Shown here: piece by piece, positions 28,833 to 35,771 of the stretch
Layout of the letters: the number at the start of each line of letters is the position of its first letter
Numbering within the stretch: position 1 is the first letter of the stretch
Translations under genes and position numbers: made by a program
Notes under the pieces: generated by a model
Told to the model about the DNA's origin: nothing
The model's input: only the letters and a program-made list of their open reading frames with translations
The model's database searches: none
Assembly: GCA_038213805.1 (NCBI GenBank)
Contig: JBBQSO010000049.1
Location: forward strand, 1-38,726
Source of the DNA: Planctomycetota bacterium
GTDB taxonomy: Bacteria; Planctomycetota; UBA11346
Reading direction: 5' to 3'
Length of the DNA stretch: 38,726 nt

Positions 28833-29609
28833 TCAGGCGGGGCCGCGGAGCAGATCGCTAAGATTGCCACCGAGATTGGCCTGCTCGCGCAGCGCGCGCT
28901 GCGCGGCGTCGTAGCGGCGCTGCACCGCGATCATGTCGACCATCTCGTGGATCGGGTCGATGTTAGCGCGCTCGAGCTGGCCCTGGCGCACCTCGTAGGT
29001 CTTGGAATCGGTCTGGGCCTGGTCGCCAGGCTCGAAATACTGGCCATTCTCCGCGCGCATGCGCTCCGGATGGTCGACCGTGACGATGCGCAACTGGTCG
29101 AGAATGACCTGTTCGACCTTGCCGCCGTCGCCACCGCCGACTTCGATCGAGACGCGGCCGGTATGGTCGACGATCACCTTGTTGGCATTCTTGGGGATGA
29201 CGATCGGACCACCCTGGCCCTCGACCGCCCAGCCCTGCGGCGTCACCAGCTTGCCTTCGGGGTCGACCGTGAAGTGCGCGGCGCGCGTCAGCAGGTCCTT
29301 GCCCTCGGCGGCCCGCACGCGGTAGAAGGCGTCGCCGTGCAGCGCCAGGTCGAGCGGCGCGCCGGTCGGATCAGTCTGCCCGTCGTTGAAATGGTAAAAG
29401 CCGCCGGCATCCAGCACGCCCGCACCGCCGTCACCGTCCAGACCGCCGCTGCGACCCTGGTGCTTGAGCACCTCCGCGAACGAGGTGCGCACCGCGGTCT
29501 GGCGCCGGTACCCGTCGGTCTGACTGTTGGCCAGGTTGCGGGCGATCAGATCCTGCGTGCGGGTCTCGACGACCATGGCGCTGGCAGCGGCGTAGATCCC
29601 CTTGGGCAT
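28833..29609 (-). CDS. flgF: Flagellar basal-body rod protein FlgF
   Basis: ATG 29609 with a GGAG RBS. GIYAAASAM...ARNLANSQTDGYRR, TGAPLDLAL.GDAF, LERANIDPIHEMVDMI..QRRY. Upstream of flgG. Confidence 0.9.
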   Translation of the reverse strand: MPKGIYAAASAMVVETRTQDLIARNLANSQTDGYRRQTAVRTSFAEVLKHQGRSGGLDGDGGAGVLDAGGFYHFNDGQTDPTGAPLDLALHGDAFYRVRAAEGKDLLTRAAHFTVDPEGKLVTPQGWAVEGQGGPIVIPKNANKVIVDHTGRVSIEVGGGDGGKVEQVILDQLRIVTVDHPERMRAENGQYFEPGDQAQTDSKTYEVRQGQLERANIDPIHEMVDMIAVQRRYDAAQRALREQANLGGNLSDLLRGPA

Positions 29610-29680
29610 GGCGTCTCCGGTGACTGGGGCGTGCAGAAACTGCACACCAGGGCGGGGGAGGAGGTCCCCGGAGTAGGGAT

Positions 29681-29696
29681 CGCACATGGGATGCCA
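29681..29696 (-). promoter_or_regulatory. Candidate sigma54 (-24/-12) promoter of flgFGA
   Basis: Minus strand TGGCATCCCATGTGCG has GG and GC at the canonical -24/-12 spacing, about 70 bp upstream of flgF. Confidence 0.5.
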
Positions 29697-29706
29697 AGCG
29701 GGGGAG

Positions 29707-29746
29707 AGTCCGGATATCCGGAAGTTCGGAAGTCCGGAAGTCCTGT
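29707..29746. repeat. Octamer tandem repeat (AGTCCGGA-like, ~5 copies)
   Basis: agtccgga tatccgga agttcgga agtccgga agtcctgt. Same unit as at 35637-35770. Confidence 0.8.
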
Positions 29747-29973
29747 GCAGGAGACGATGTGCATCGATTTCGATGCCCAGGATCGGAACTGCGCTCGCTA
29801 ACCGGACCCGAGATTTCACTGAACCCACCCACCAGCGCCGGGTCCTTCCCTGTGACCGCGCCACGATTACGTGGATTGTCCCCCTGCGCGCCAGCGGCGC
29901 GCGTTACCAGGCAGGTCCCGGTCACATCTGCCAAGCCCTGACGTCGACCCGCCGTCCTCTGGAATGCGACTTC

Positions 29974-30648
29974 TCAATGTTCGGTGATGATCGCGTGCAC
30001 CATTGGTGCGGCCAGTTCCGCCCATCGCACATAGAGCCCAGCCGATGGGTGCAGGCCGTCGCCCGCGAGCAGCGTCCGATCGCGCGCCGCCGCGCGCGAA
30101 CTCGCAGTGACGTCGATATACCGGGCCCCACTCCGGCGCGCCGCTGCACGCCCCACCGCATTGAATGCATCGATCGCCGCCGCGATCCCAGCGCGATCCT
30201 GCCCTGCCGCGAACGGCGTCACTCCCCAGTCAGGAATCGACAGCATCAGCACATGGTCGGCGCGACCACCGGCGAACCCGACCGCCACCGCGAGCAGTTC
30301 TGTCAGGTCCGCCTGGTACGCATCGAGACCTCCGCCCCGGAACTGGTCGTTCACTCCGATCTGAACCGTCACCAGCGCATAAGGACCCTGGACATGACGA
30401 GCAGCGATCCCGGCGAGCAGCTCACGCGTGGTCCAACCGCTGGTTGCGAGGATCTCGGGCGCCGCGAGCGCGAGGCCGTCAGCAGCGAGTCGAAGCGCCA
30501 GAACGACTGGCCAGCGCGCGTCTGCGGGGACGCCCTCACCGCTGGTATAGGAATCACCAAGGGCAAGGAACCGCGCCTCGCCGGCACTCACCGCAGCGTT
30601 CCACCAGGCCATGGCCACAACCAGCAGCAGGCGCCCAGACATGTTCAT
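29974..30648 (-). CDS. SGNH/GDSL hydrolase (lysophospholipase L1-like), secreted
   Basis: Block I LALGDSYT, SGWTT, IGVNDQ, DGLHPS and a signal-peptide-like N-terminus. Start 30648 or 30642. Confidence 0.92.
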   Translation of the reverse strand: MNMSGRLLLVVAMAWWNAAVSAGEARFLALGDSYTSGEGVPADARWPVVLALRLAADGLALAAPEILATSGWTTRELLAGIAARHVQGPYALVTVQIGVNDQFRGGGLDAYQADLTELLAVAVGFAGGRADHVLMLSIPDWGVTPFAAGQDRAGIAAAIDAFNAVGRAAARRSGARYIDVTASSRAAARDRTLLAGDGLHPSAGLYVRWAELAAPMVHAIITEH

Positions 30649-30741
30649 GCCTGGTTTACGTGGATGCTGAACAGCTGGATGCAGCGACGACCCGTACATC
30701 GTCTGACGCCTGCATCCAAGGAGCAAATCAGGCCACCGCGG

Positions 30742-30780
30742 AAAACAGAAACACCATCGAGACCAGGTCCCGATGGCGTC
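30742..30780 (-). terminator. Rho-independent terminator after rpsI
   Basis: Minus strand GACGCCATCGGGAC-CTG-GTCTCGATGGTGTT stem (with G-U pairs) followed by TCTGTTTT. Confidence 0.7.
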
Positions 30781-30804
30781 CGTGAGGCAATCGTCTGCGA
30801 CGGT

Positions 30805-31200
30805 TCAGCGCTTGCTGAACTGGCAGCCGCGGCGGGCCTTGCGCAGGCCGTACTTCTTGCGCTCGACCATGCGGCTGTCGCGGGTCATCAGGCCGTGGCG
30901 GCGCAGGGCGGCTTCCGAAGCGGGTTCGGCCTTGATCAGGGCGCGGGCGATGCCGAGGGCCATCGCGCCGACCTGGCCGGTCACGCCACCGCCATCTACA
31001 TTGACGAAGATGTCGAAGCGACCGGCGGTCTCGCTGACCTCGAGCGGCTTCTGGGCGAGCTTCTGCAGGCGCTCGACCGGGAAGTATTCCGCGAGCTTGC
31101 GGTTGTTGACCAAGATCTCACCAGCGCCCGGGGCGATGCGCACGCGCGCGACGCTGGTCTTGCGGCGACCGAGACCCCAAATGAATTCCTTGCCAGCCAT
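30805..31200 (-). CDS. rpsI: 30S ribosomal protein S9
   Basis: GLGRRKTSVARVR, VDGGGVTGQVGA..LGIARAL, MTRDSRMVERKKYGLRKARRGCQFSKR. GGAG RBS upstream. 131 aa. Confidence 0.98.
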   Translation of the reverse strand: MAGKEFIWGLGRRKTSVARVRIAPGAGEILVNNRKLAEYFPVERLQKLAQKPLEVSETAGRFDIFVNVDGGGVTGQVGAMALGIARALIKAEPASEAALRRHGLMTRDSRMVERKKYGLRKARRGCQFSKR

Positions 31201-31271
31201 GTCAGATCGTCTCCGGAGAGTGAGGTACCGAGATAAAAGGTCCGCGGGACAGCCGTCCGCGGGGAGGGAGC

Positions 31272-31298
31272 ACCATATGAACCGCCCACTTGCGTCAA
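31272..31298 (-). promoter_or_regulatory. Candidate promoter for rpsI
   Basis: Minus strand TTGACG-N15-TATGGT in the 133-bp gap upstream of rpsI. Confidence 0.35.
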
Positions 31299-31333
31299 GG
31301 GCGGATTCTCGGGTCCTGATTAGCTCGGATGGG

Positions 31334-32224
31334 TCACGGATTCCAAGAAAATGACCAGGCGCTGCTGCTGCCGCCACCGTTGGCATTGACCGAGAGGCCG
31401 CTGCGCGGGTGCGGATAGAGTGGCGGCCGCGGTGTGCCCGGGAAGCCACCGCCCGGATAGCCGCCGACCGGGTAGCCGCCGGGCGGATAGATCACGACCG
31501 GATAACCGGGATACCCCGGATAGGAGTTCCCATACCCCGACCAGTAATAGGACCTGTAGGGCCGGGTATAGCCCAGGTCGGTCTCAGGATAGAGGTCGGC
31601 AGGGGCCCGCGCGATGGCGTCGGCGCGGCGCTGGTCCGCCCGCTCTTTACGCGCGATTTCCAGCTCCTGGTGGCGCCTGGCCTCGTCGGCGAGGGTGCGT
31701 TCGCGCTCGGCCCAACTCACGAAACCACCGCGGAACGCCACTTCCCCGCGCGCGGTCGCCGCCTCACCGGGGCGCATCCACACGCCGCGGTAGCGCACCA
31801 TGCCGAGCACCTTCCGCGCTTCTTCGTGATCGCGATCGCGGGCGACCGTCTCATTGGCAAGGTCGCGCGCCAACACCTGGTCACCTATGGCCTTGGCACG
31901 TTCAGCGAGCCGCCACCACGTAGCTGCGTCGGCTTCGGGACCAAGCTTGGCGCGGTCGGCGAGCAGGTCTTCGGTAGCGCGCTGGCGCGCGCTCTTGCCA
32001 TAGGTGACGCGCGTCACCTTGTCTTGGTCGAAGTGCTGCACCGCCACCATGCCGGCAGCGCTGACCTTGAGATCGAGGTAAGGCGCACCGGGGGGCGACA
32101 CCACCTCACCTTCGAGCACGCGCCCGTCCTTGAGGTAGACCTCATCCGCGGACAACGCCGTCCCGAAACCGACCACCAGGACGGCAGCGATCATTAGGTA
32201 CGGGAGATGACTGCGCATACCCAT
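31334..32224 (-). CDS. Secreted hypothetical protein with a Gly/Tyr/Pro-rich tail
   Basis: ATG 32224 with a GAGG RBS. Signal peptide, DEVYLKDGRVLEGEVV, DRDHEEARKVLG..RYRGVW and YPGYPGYP repeats. Architecture resembles planctomycete secreted hypotheticals. Confidence 0.8.
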   Translation of the reverse strand: MGMRSHLPYLMIAAVLVVGFGTALSADEVYLKDGRVLEGEVVSPPGAPYLDLKVSAAGMVAVQHFDQDKVTRVTYGKSARQRATEDLLADRAKLGPEADAATWWRLAERAKAIGDQVLARDLANETVARDRDHEEARKVLGMVRYRGVWMRPGEAATARGEVAFRGGFVSWAERERTLADEARRHQELEIARKERADQRRADAIARAPADLYPETDLGYTRPYRSYYWSGYGNSYPGYPGYPVVIYPPGGYPVGGYPGGGFPGTPRPPLYPHPRSGLSVNANGGGSSSAWSFSWNP

Positions 32225-32568
32225 GGACGCCTCTGTTGCTGGCGAGTTGAGCAGTCGGAACTGCAAGAACAAGGGGAAATGGTGCATAATGTGCGCATGT
32301 TCCGCCCGATCTGCCAGCGCGCCACCGCCGTGTGTGAAGGGGGATAGGGTGGCAGGAATTTGAAGGGCCAGGTTAGAGGGAATGAGAAGGGACGTGGGGA
32401 CGGAAAGACGCGTCGCATGACGCCCTGGAAATCACACCCCACGCACATCCGCGCCGTACCTCCCAACTTCACGCTTCTGGGCGTCGCCTTTGCCCCTCCT
32501 GCCAACCCATTCATTGCCTTTCTCATCAGTCCCCGCCAAGCACCAGGAGAAAACAACCGTGACCGCGC

Positions 32569-32597
32569 TTGACGTCCATCCTCTATGGGCTTAGGGT
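32569..32597 (+). promoter_or_regulatory. Candidate sigma70 promoter
   Basis: TTGACG-N17-TAGGGT, 19 nt before ATG 32617. Confidence 0.55.
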
Positions 32598-32616
32598 GGT
32601 CGGCTGACTCACGAAC

Positions 32617-34140
32617 ATGCCACCTCCCGCGTTCTTCCTTGGTATCGATGTCGCCCGTTCAGGACTGGGTCTGGTGGTCCTGTCGGGTGACGGAACCCAG
32701 CTGGCGGCGCTGCGGCGCGCCTATGGCAACGCCCCGGCCAATGCCCACGACCCGCAGGACTGGTGGCGCGCCGCGCGCACCGGCATCAAAGAGATCCTGC
32801 GCCGTGCCAACCTCCGTCCTGAGCAGATCCGCTGCATCGGCGTAAGCGGCGACAGCGATGGCATGGTCGCGCTGGGCAAGGACGGCAAGGTGTTGTGCCC
32901 GACCGCGATGGGCGCGGACCAGCGCGCCGAGCCGCAAATTGACCTGCTCAACCGTGCGGTCGGCGCGCGCAACCTGCTCAACCTCGCCAGCGGCACCGCC
33001 CAATCCAGCGCCGCCGCGGTCAAGCTGCTGTGGCTGCGCGAGAACGAGAAGCGTGTCTGGCACGACCTCGCGGTGGTGCTGGCCCCCAAGGACTTCCTGC
33101 GCTACCGCCTGTGCGAAACGCTGGTCACCGACGCCAACGACGCTTCTGCCTCGCTGCTGTTCAACCCCAAGACGCGCTCGTGGTCGAAGCAGCTCATCAC
33201 CCTGCTCGACTTCAACCCAGGCTGGCTGCCGGCCCTCAGCAGCGGCCAGCTCATCGCCGGGCGCGTCACGGCGACCGCGGCGCGAGAGGCTGGCCTGCAG
33301 GTTGGCACCCCGGTGGTCACCGGCGGCGGCCATGCCGCGGCCACCGCCATCACTGCCGGGGTGCTCTCCCAGGGCACCGCGCTGATCGAACTCGGTGGTG
33401 CTGGCGGGCTGTTCGCGCCCACCGCAGAGGCCCTGCGCGACCCCAGCGGCCGCCTCGCCACCACCTGCCATTGCCTGGCCGGCACCTGGGCGCTCAGCGC
33501 CGGCGACCTCGCCGGAACTGAGGCCATGGAGTGGCTGCAGGAGAACGTCTTCGCCAGCGAAGTGGTGCACGCGCGGCGCATCGGTCGCGATCCGCTCGAG
33601 CCGCTCACCGAACTCGCCGCCGAGGTCCCGCCGGGCGCCGATGGCCTGGTCTACCTCGCGCCGACCGCGGGCGCCCCACGCGCCGGCGGCTTCATCGGCC
33701 TGGGCCGCCGCCACGGTCGCGGCCACCTGGTGCGTGCGGTCCTGGAATCGGGCGCGATCGCTGCACGCGCCGCGCTCACCGCGCTCGCGGACCTCAAGCA
33801 CGCTCCCGACGAGATCCTCGCGGCCGGCCCCGGGTCGGGCAATACCCTGTGGTGCCAGATCCTGGCCGACGCTCTCGACCGGCCGATCCACGCCGTGACC
33901 ACGCCCGAGAGCGCGGCCACCGGTGCAGCGATCCTGGCTGGTTCTGCGGTCGGATTGTACAAGACCGTGCAGGAAGCCTGCGCGAAGATGGTCCGTTCCG
34001 CCGTCACCTACCAGCCGCGCAAGGCCGCCACCGAGGTCTACCTCGCGCTGGCCCCGACCGTGGCGCGCCTGCCCGCCGCGGTCGCCGGCGCGCTGTCCGA
34101 CCCCCTGCCCCCGACCGCCGCACTCGAAGCCAACGCATGA
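32617..34140 (+). CDS. FGGY-family (xylulokinase-like) protein with degenerate catalytic motifs
   Basis: LGID, DPQDWW, KLLWLRENE, PKDFLRYRL..TDANDAS, VPPGADGLVYL, HLVRAVLE, WCQILADAL, GAAILA. GGGD is replaced by GGGH and DxGT by DVAR. Confidence 0.85.
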   Translation: MPPPAFFLGIDVARSGLGLVVLSGDGTQLAALRRAYGNAPANAHDPQDWWRAARTGIKEILRRANLRPEQIRCIGVSGDSDGMVALGKDGKVLCPTAMGADQRAEPQIDLLNRAVGARNLLNLASGTAQSSAAAVKLLWLRENEKRVWHDLAVVLAPKDFLRYRLCETLVTDANDASASLLFNPKTRSWSKQLITLLDFNPGWLPALSSGQLIAGRVTATAAREAGLQVGTPVVTGGGHAAATAITAGVLSQGTALIELGGAGGLFAPTAEALRDPSGRLATTCHCLAGTWALSAGDLAGTEAMEWLQENVFASEVVHARRIGRDPLEPLTELAAEVPPGADGLVYLAPTAGAPRAGGFIGLGRRHGRGHLVRAVLESGAIAARAALTALADLKHAPDEILAAGPGSGNTLWCQILADALDRPIHAVTTPESAATGAAILAGSAVGLYKTVQEACAKMVRSAVTYQPRKAATEVYLALAPTVARLPAAVAGALSDPLPPTAALEANA

Positions 34141-34451
34141 GCCTTGCCCGTGGCCCATTGCTCGCCCTGCACACCATTTTCGCCACCCTGGTGGTGATTG
34201 CTTTGCTGCTCCATCTCGGCGAGCGCGAGCGCGAGGTTGCCAAGGTGCGCGGTGTCGCCTCGCTGGAGCATGCCGAGACCGTCCGCAGCGAGCAGGACAT
34301 CGCCCAGCAGAAGGCGTTGCTCGACGGCCTAGCGAACAAGGATCCCTACGTGGTCGAGCTGCTCGTGCGCGACAAGCTCCAGTTCACCGGTCCGGGCGAG
34401 ATCACGCCGCCGCCACTGCCCGCCGTTGACAAGGCCCCGGCACGTCGTTAA
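34137..34451 (+). CDS. FtsB/DivIC-like (septum formation initiator family) bitopic coiled-coil protein
   Basis: ATGA overlap with the upstream gene. One TM, a coiled coil, then DPYVVELLVRDKLQFTGPGE, resembling the DivIC 'DPxxIExxARxxLxxxxPGE' motif. 104 aa. Confidence 0.7.
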   Translation: MSLARGPLLALHTIFATLVVIALLLHLGEREREVAKVRGVASLEHAETVRSEQDIAQQKALLDGLANKDPYVVELLVRDKLQFTGPGEITPPPLPAVDKAPARR

Positions 34452-34535
34452 CAAGTCACTCCCGTTTTTGACGGGAGATCAGTCGTCCGCGTGCGCAGTC
34501 CGGGTCTTCTTCCCGCCGGACCGCCACCACCAGAT

Positions 34536-34613
34536 CGGGGCGTAGCTCAGCTTGGCTAGAGCGTTGCGTTCGGGACGCAGAGGTCGCAGGTTCAAATCCT
34601 GTCGCCCCGACCA
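34536..34613 (+). tRNA. tRNA-Pro (anticodon CGG)
   Basis: Acceptor stem CGGGGCG/CGCCCCG, anticodon arm TTGCG-TT CGG GA-CGCAG, T-loop GGTTCAAATCC, encoded CCA. Confidence 0.97.
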
Positions 34614-34631
34614 GAAGAATATCGGCTTCAC

Positions 34632-34672
34632 GACGACTCCGGCGCATGACCTGCGCCGGAGTCGTCTTTGTT
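34632..34672 (+). terminator. Rho-independent terminator after tRNA-Pro
   Basis: 15-bp stem GACGACTCCGGCGCA / TGCGCCGGAGTCGTC with a 5-nt loop, followed by TTTGTT. Confidence 0.8.
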
Positions 34673-34965
34673 ACGGACGCCAGCCATTGCGGTGCACACG
34701 TGATCGCGGCAGCCTTGAATACTGCGCGATTGCGGGGTACGACCTGAACGTGGCAACGACTTCCAGATCCTCCAGGTGCACACGCCCGGACAGGCCCGAC
34801 AACAGCGCCTGCAACCCAGGGTTGACGATTCGTGCGCGGCTGGGACAGTCGCCATCGTGCCCCATGCCCGCCGGGCGAGCCGTGGGGATGATCGATGGCA
34901 TCCGTCCAGTCCCATTGGCCGGAGCACGCATCGTGAAGGCGTTCTCTGGTGACCTTCCTTCCCAT

Positions 34966-35039
34966 GCGGGTGTAGCTCAATGGTAGAGCGTCGGCTTCCC
35001 AAGCCGAACACGGGGGTTCGATTCCCCTCACCCGCTCCA
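34966..35039 (+). tRNA. tRNA-Gly (anticodon CCC)
   Basis: Acceptor stem GCGGGTG/CACCCGC, anticodon arm TCGGC-TT CCC AA-GCCGA, T-loop GGTTCGATTCC, encoded CCA. Confidence 0.97.
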
Positions 35040-35064
35040 TTTTCATGGCGCGGCCTGGACTGAG

Positions 35065-35628
35065 ATGCCGCTCTACGAGATCCCCGTCGTCATCCCATAC
35101 CGGCTCGACCGGGATCCGTCCGCGGCGCTCTACGGGCTTCAGGTCAACACCATCGCCAGCAAAGCGGTCGCCGCGATCGCGGTCGCCCAGGTGCTGGCCC
35201 AGGCGCTGGCCCGCCTGCACCATCCTGGCCGCACCTGCACGGTGCTGACCGAGCGCGCCAAGGCCGGCACCACCGGTCGCATGATCGATGGGCCGTACGC
35301 CTACATCATGGGCCACGGCAACCACATCCACCACCTCGCCTTTCCACGCCGCATCGACCACCACGGGCGCAATCCGCTCGGCGAGGCGTTCGATGGGCTG
35401 GATCCCGCCAAGCTTCACGGACTGGTGCTGGACTGCGCGAACATGCAGTACATCAACTCGACCGGACTGGCCGCCCTGGCCGCGCACAGTGACCGCCTGC
35501 GCATCCACCTGTTCCGCATCGGCGAGCCGCTGCGCAAGGTCTTCGACCTGGTCGGGCTGACGCACCTCATGCAGTTCCACGACAGCCTGCAGCTGGCGCT
35601 CGAGGCGCTGGTCGCGCGCAGCCGGTAG
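35065..35628 (+). CDS. STAS-domain (anti-sigma antagonist-like) protein with an N-terminal extension
   Basis: LVLDCANMQYINSTGLAAL...LRKVFDLVGL..LMQFHDSLQLAL in the C-terminal half. Ends TAG-TAA. Confidence 0.85.
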   Translation: MPLYEIPVVIPYRLDRDPSAALYGLQVNTIASKAVAAIAVAQVLAQALARLHHPGRTCTVLTERAKAGTTGRMIDGPYAYIMGHGNHIHHLAFPRRIDHHGRNPLGEAFDGLDPAKLHGLVLDCANMQYINSTGLAALAAHSDRLRIHLFRIGEPLRKVFDLVGLTHLMQFHDSLQLALEALVARSR

Positions 35629-35636
35629 TAAGGGGG

Positions 35637-35770
35637 AGTCCGGAAGTCCGGGGTCCGGAAGTCTCGTGGGACCTGGGCAGGACGCGACCAAGAGCCGGGA
35701 CCTGCTGCGCTCGCCTGACGCGCCGGAACACGGGAGCTCCGGACTTCCGGACCTGCGGATCTGCGGACCC
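35637..35770. repeat. Inverted-repeat element with octamer (GTCCGGAA) arms between convergent genes
   Basis: GTCCGGAAGTCCGG (35638-35651) pairs perfectly with CCGGACTTCCGGAC (35739-35752). Further degenerate octamers occur on both arms. Confidence 0.75.
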
Positions 35771-35771
35771 G

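Noticed and set aside
29686..31449. 516-aa plus-strand ORF and the 83-aa N-terminal extension of S9
   Set aside because: The ORF is antisense to rpsI and the SGNH gene. S9 homology and an RBS place the start at 31200.
34536..35039. tRNAs as integration sites of a genomic island
   Set aside because: No integrase and no duplicated tRNA 3' end is visible in the window, and downstream GC is unchanged.
34456..35691. 411-aa minus-strand ORF
   Set aside because: Runs antisense across two tRNAs and the STAS gene.
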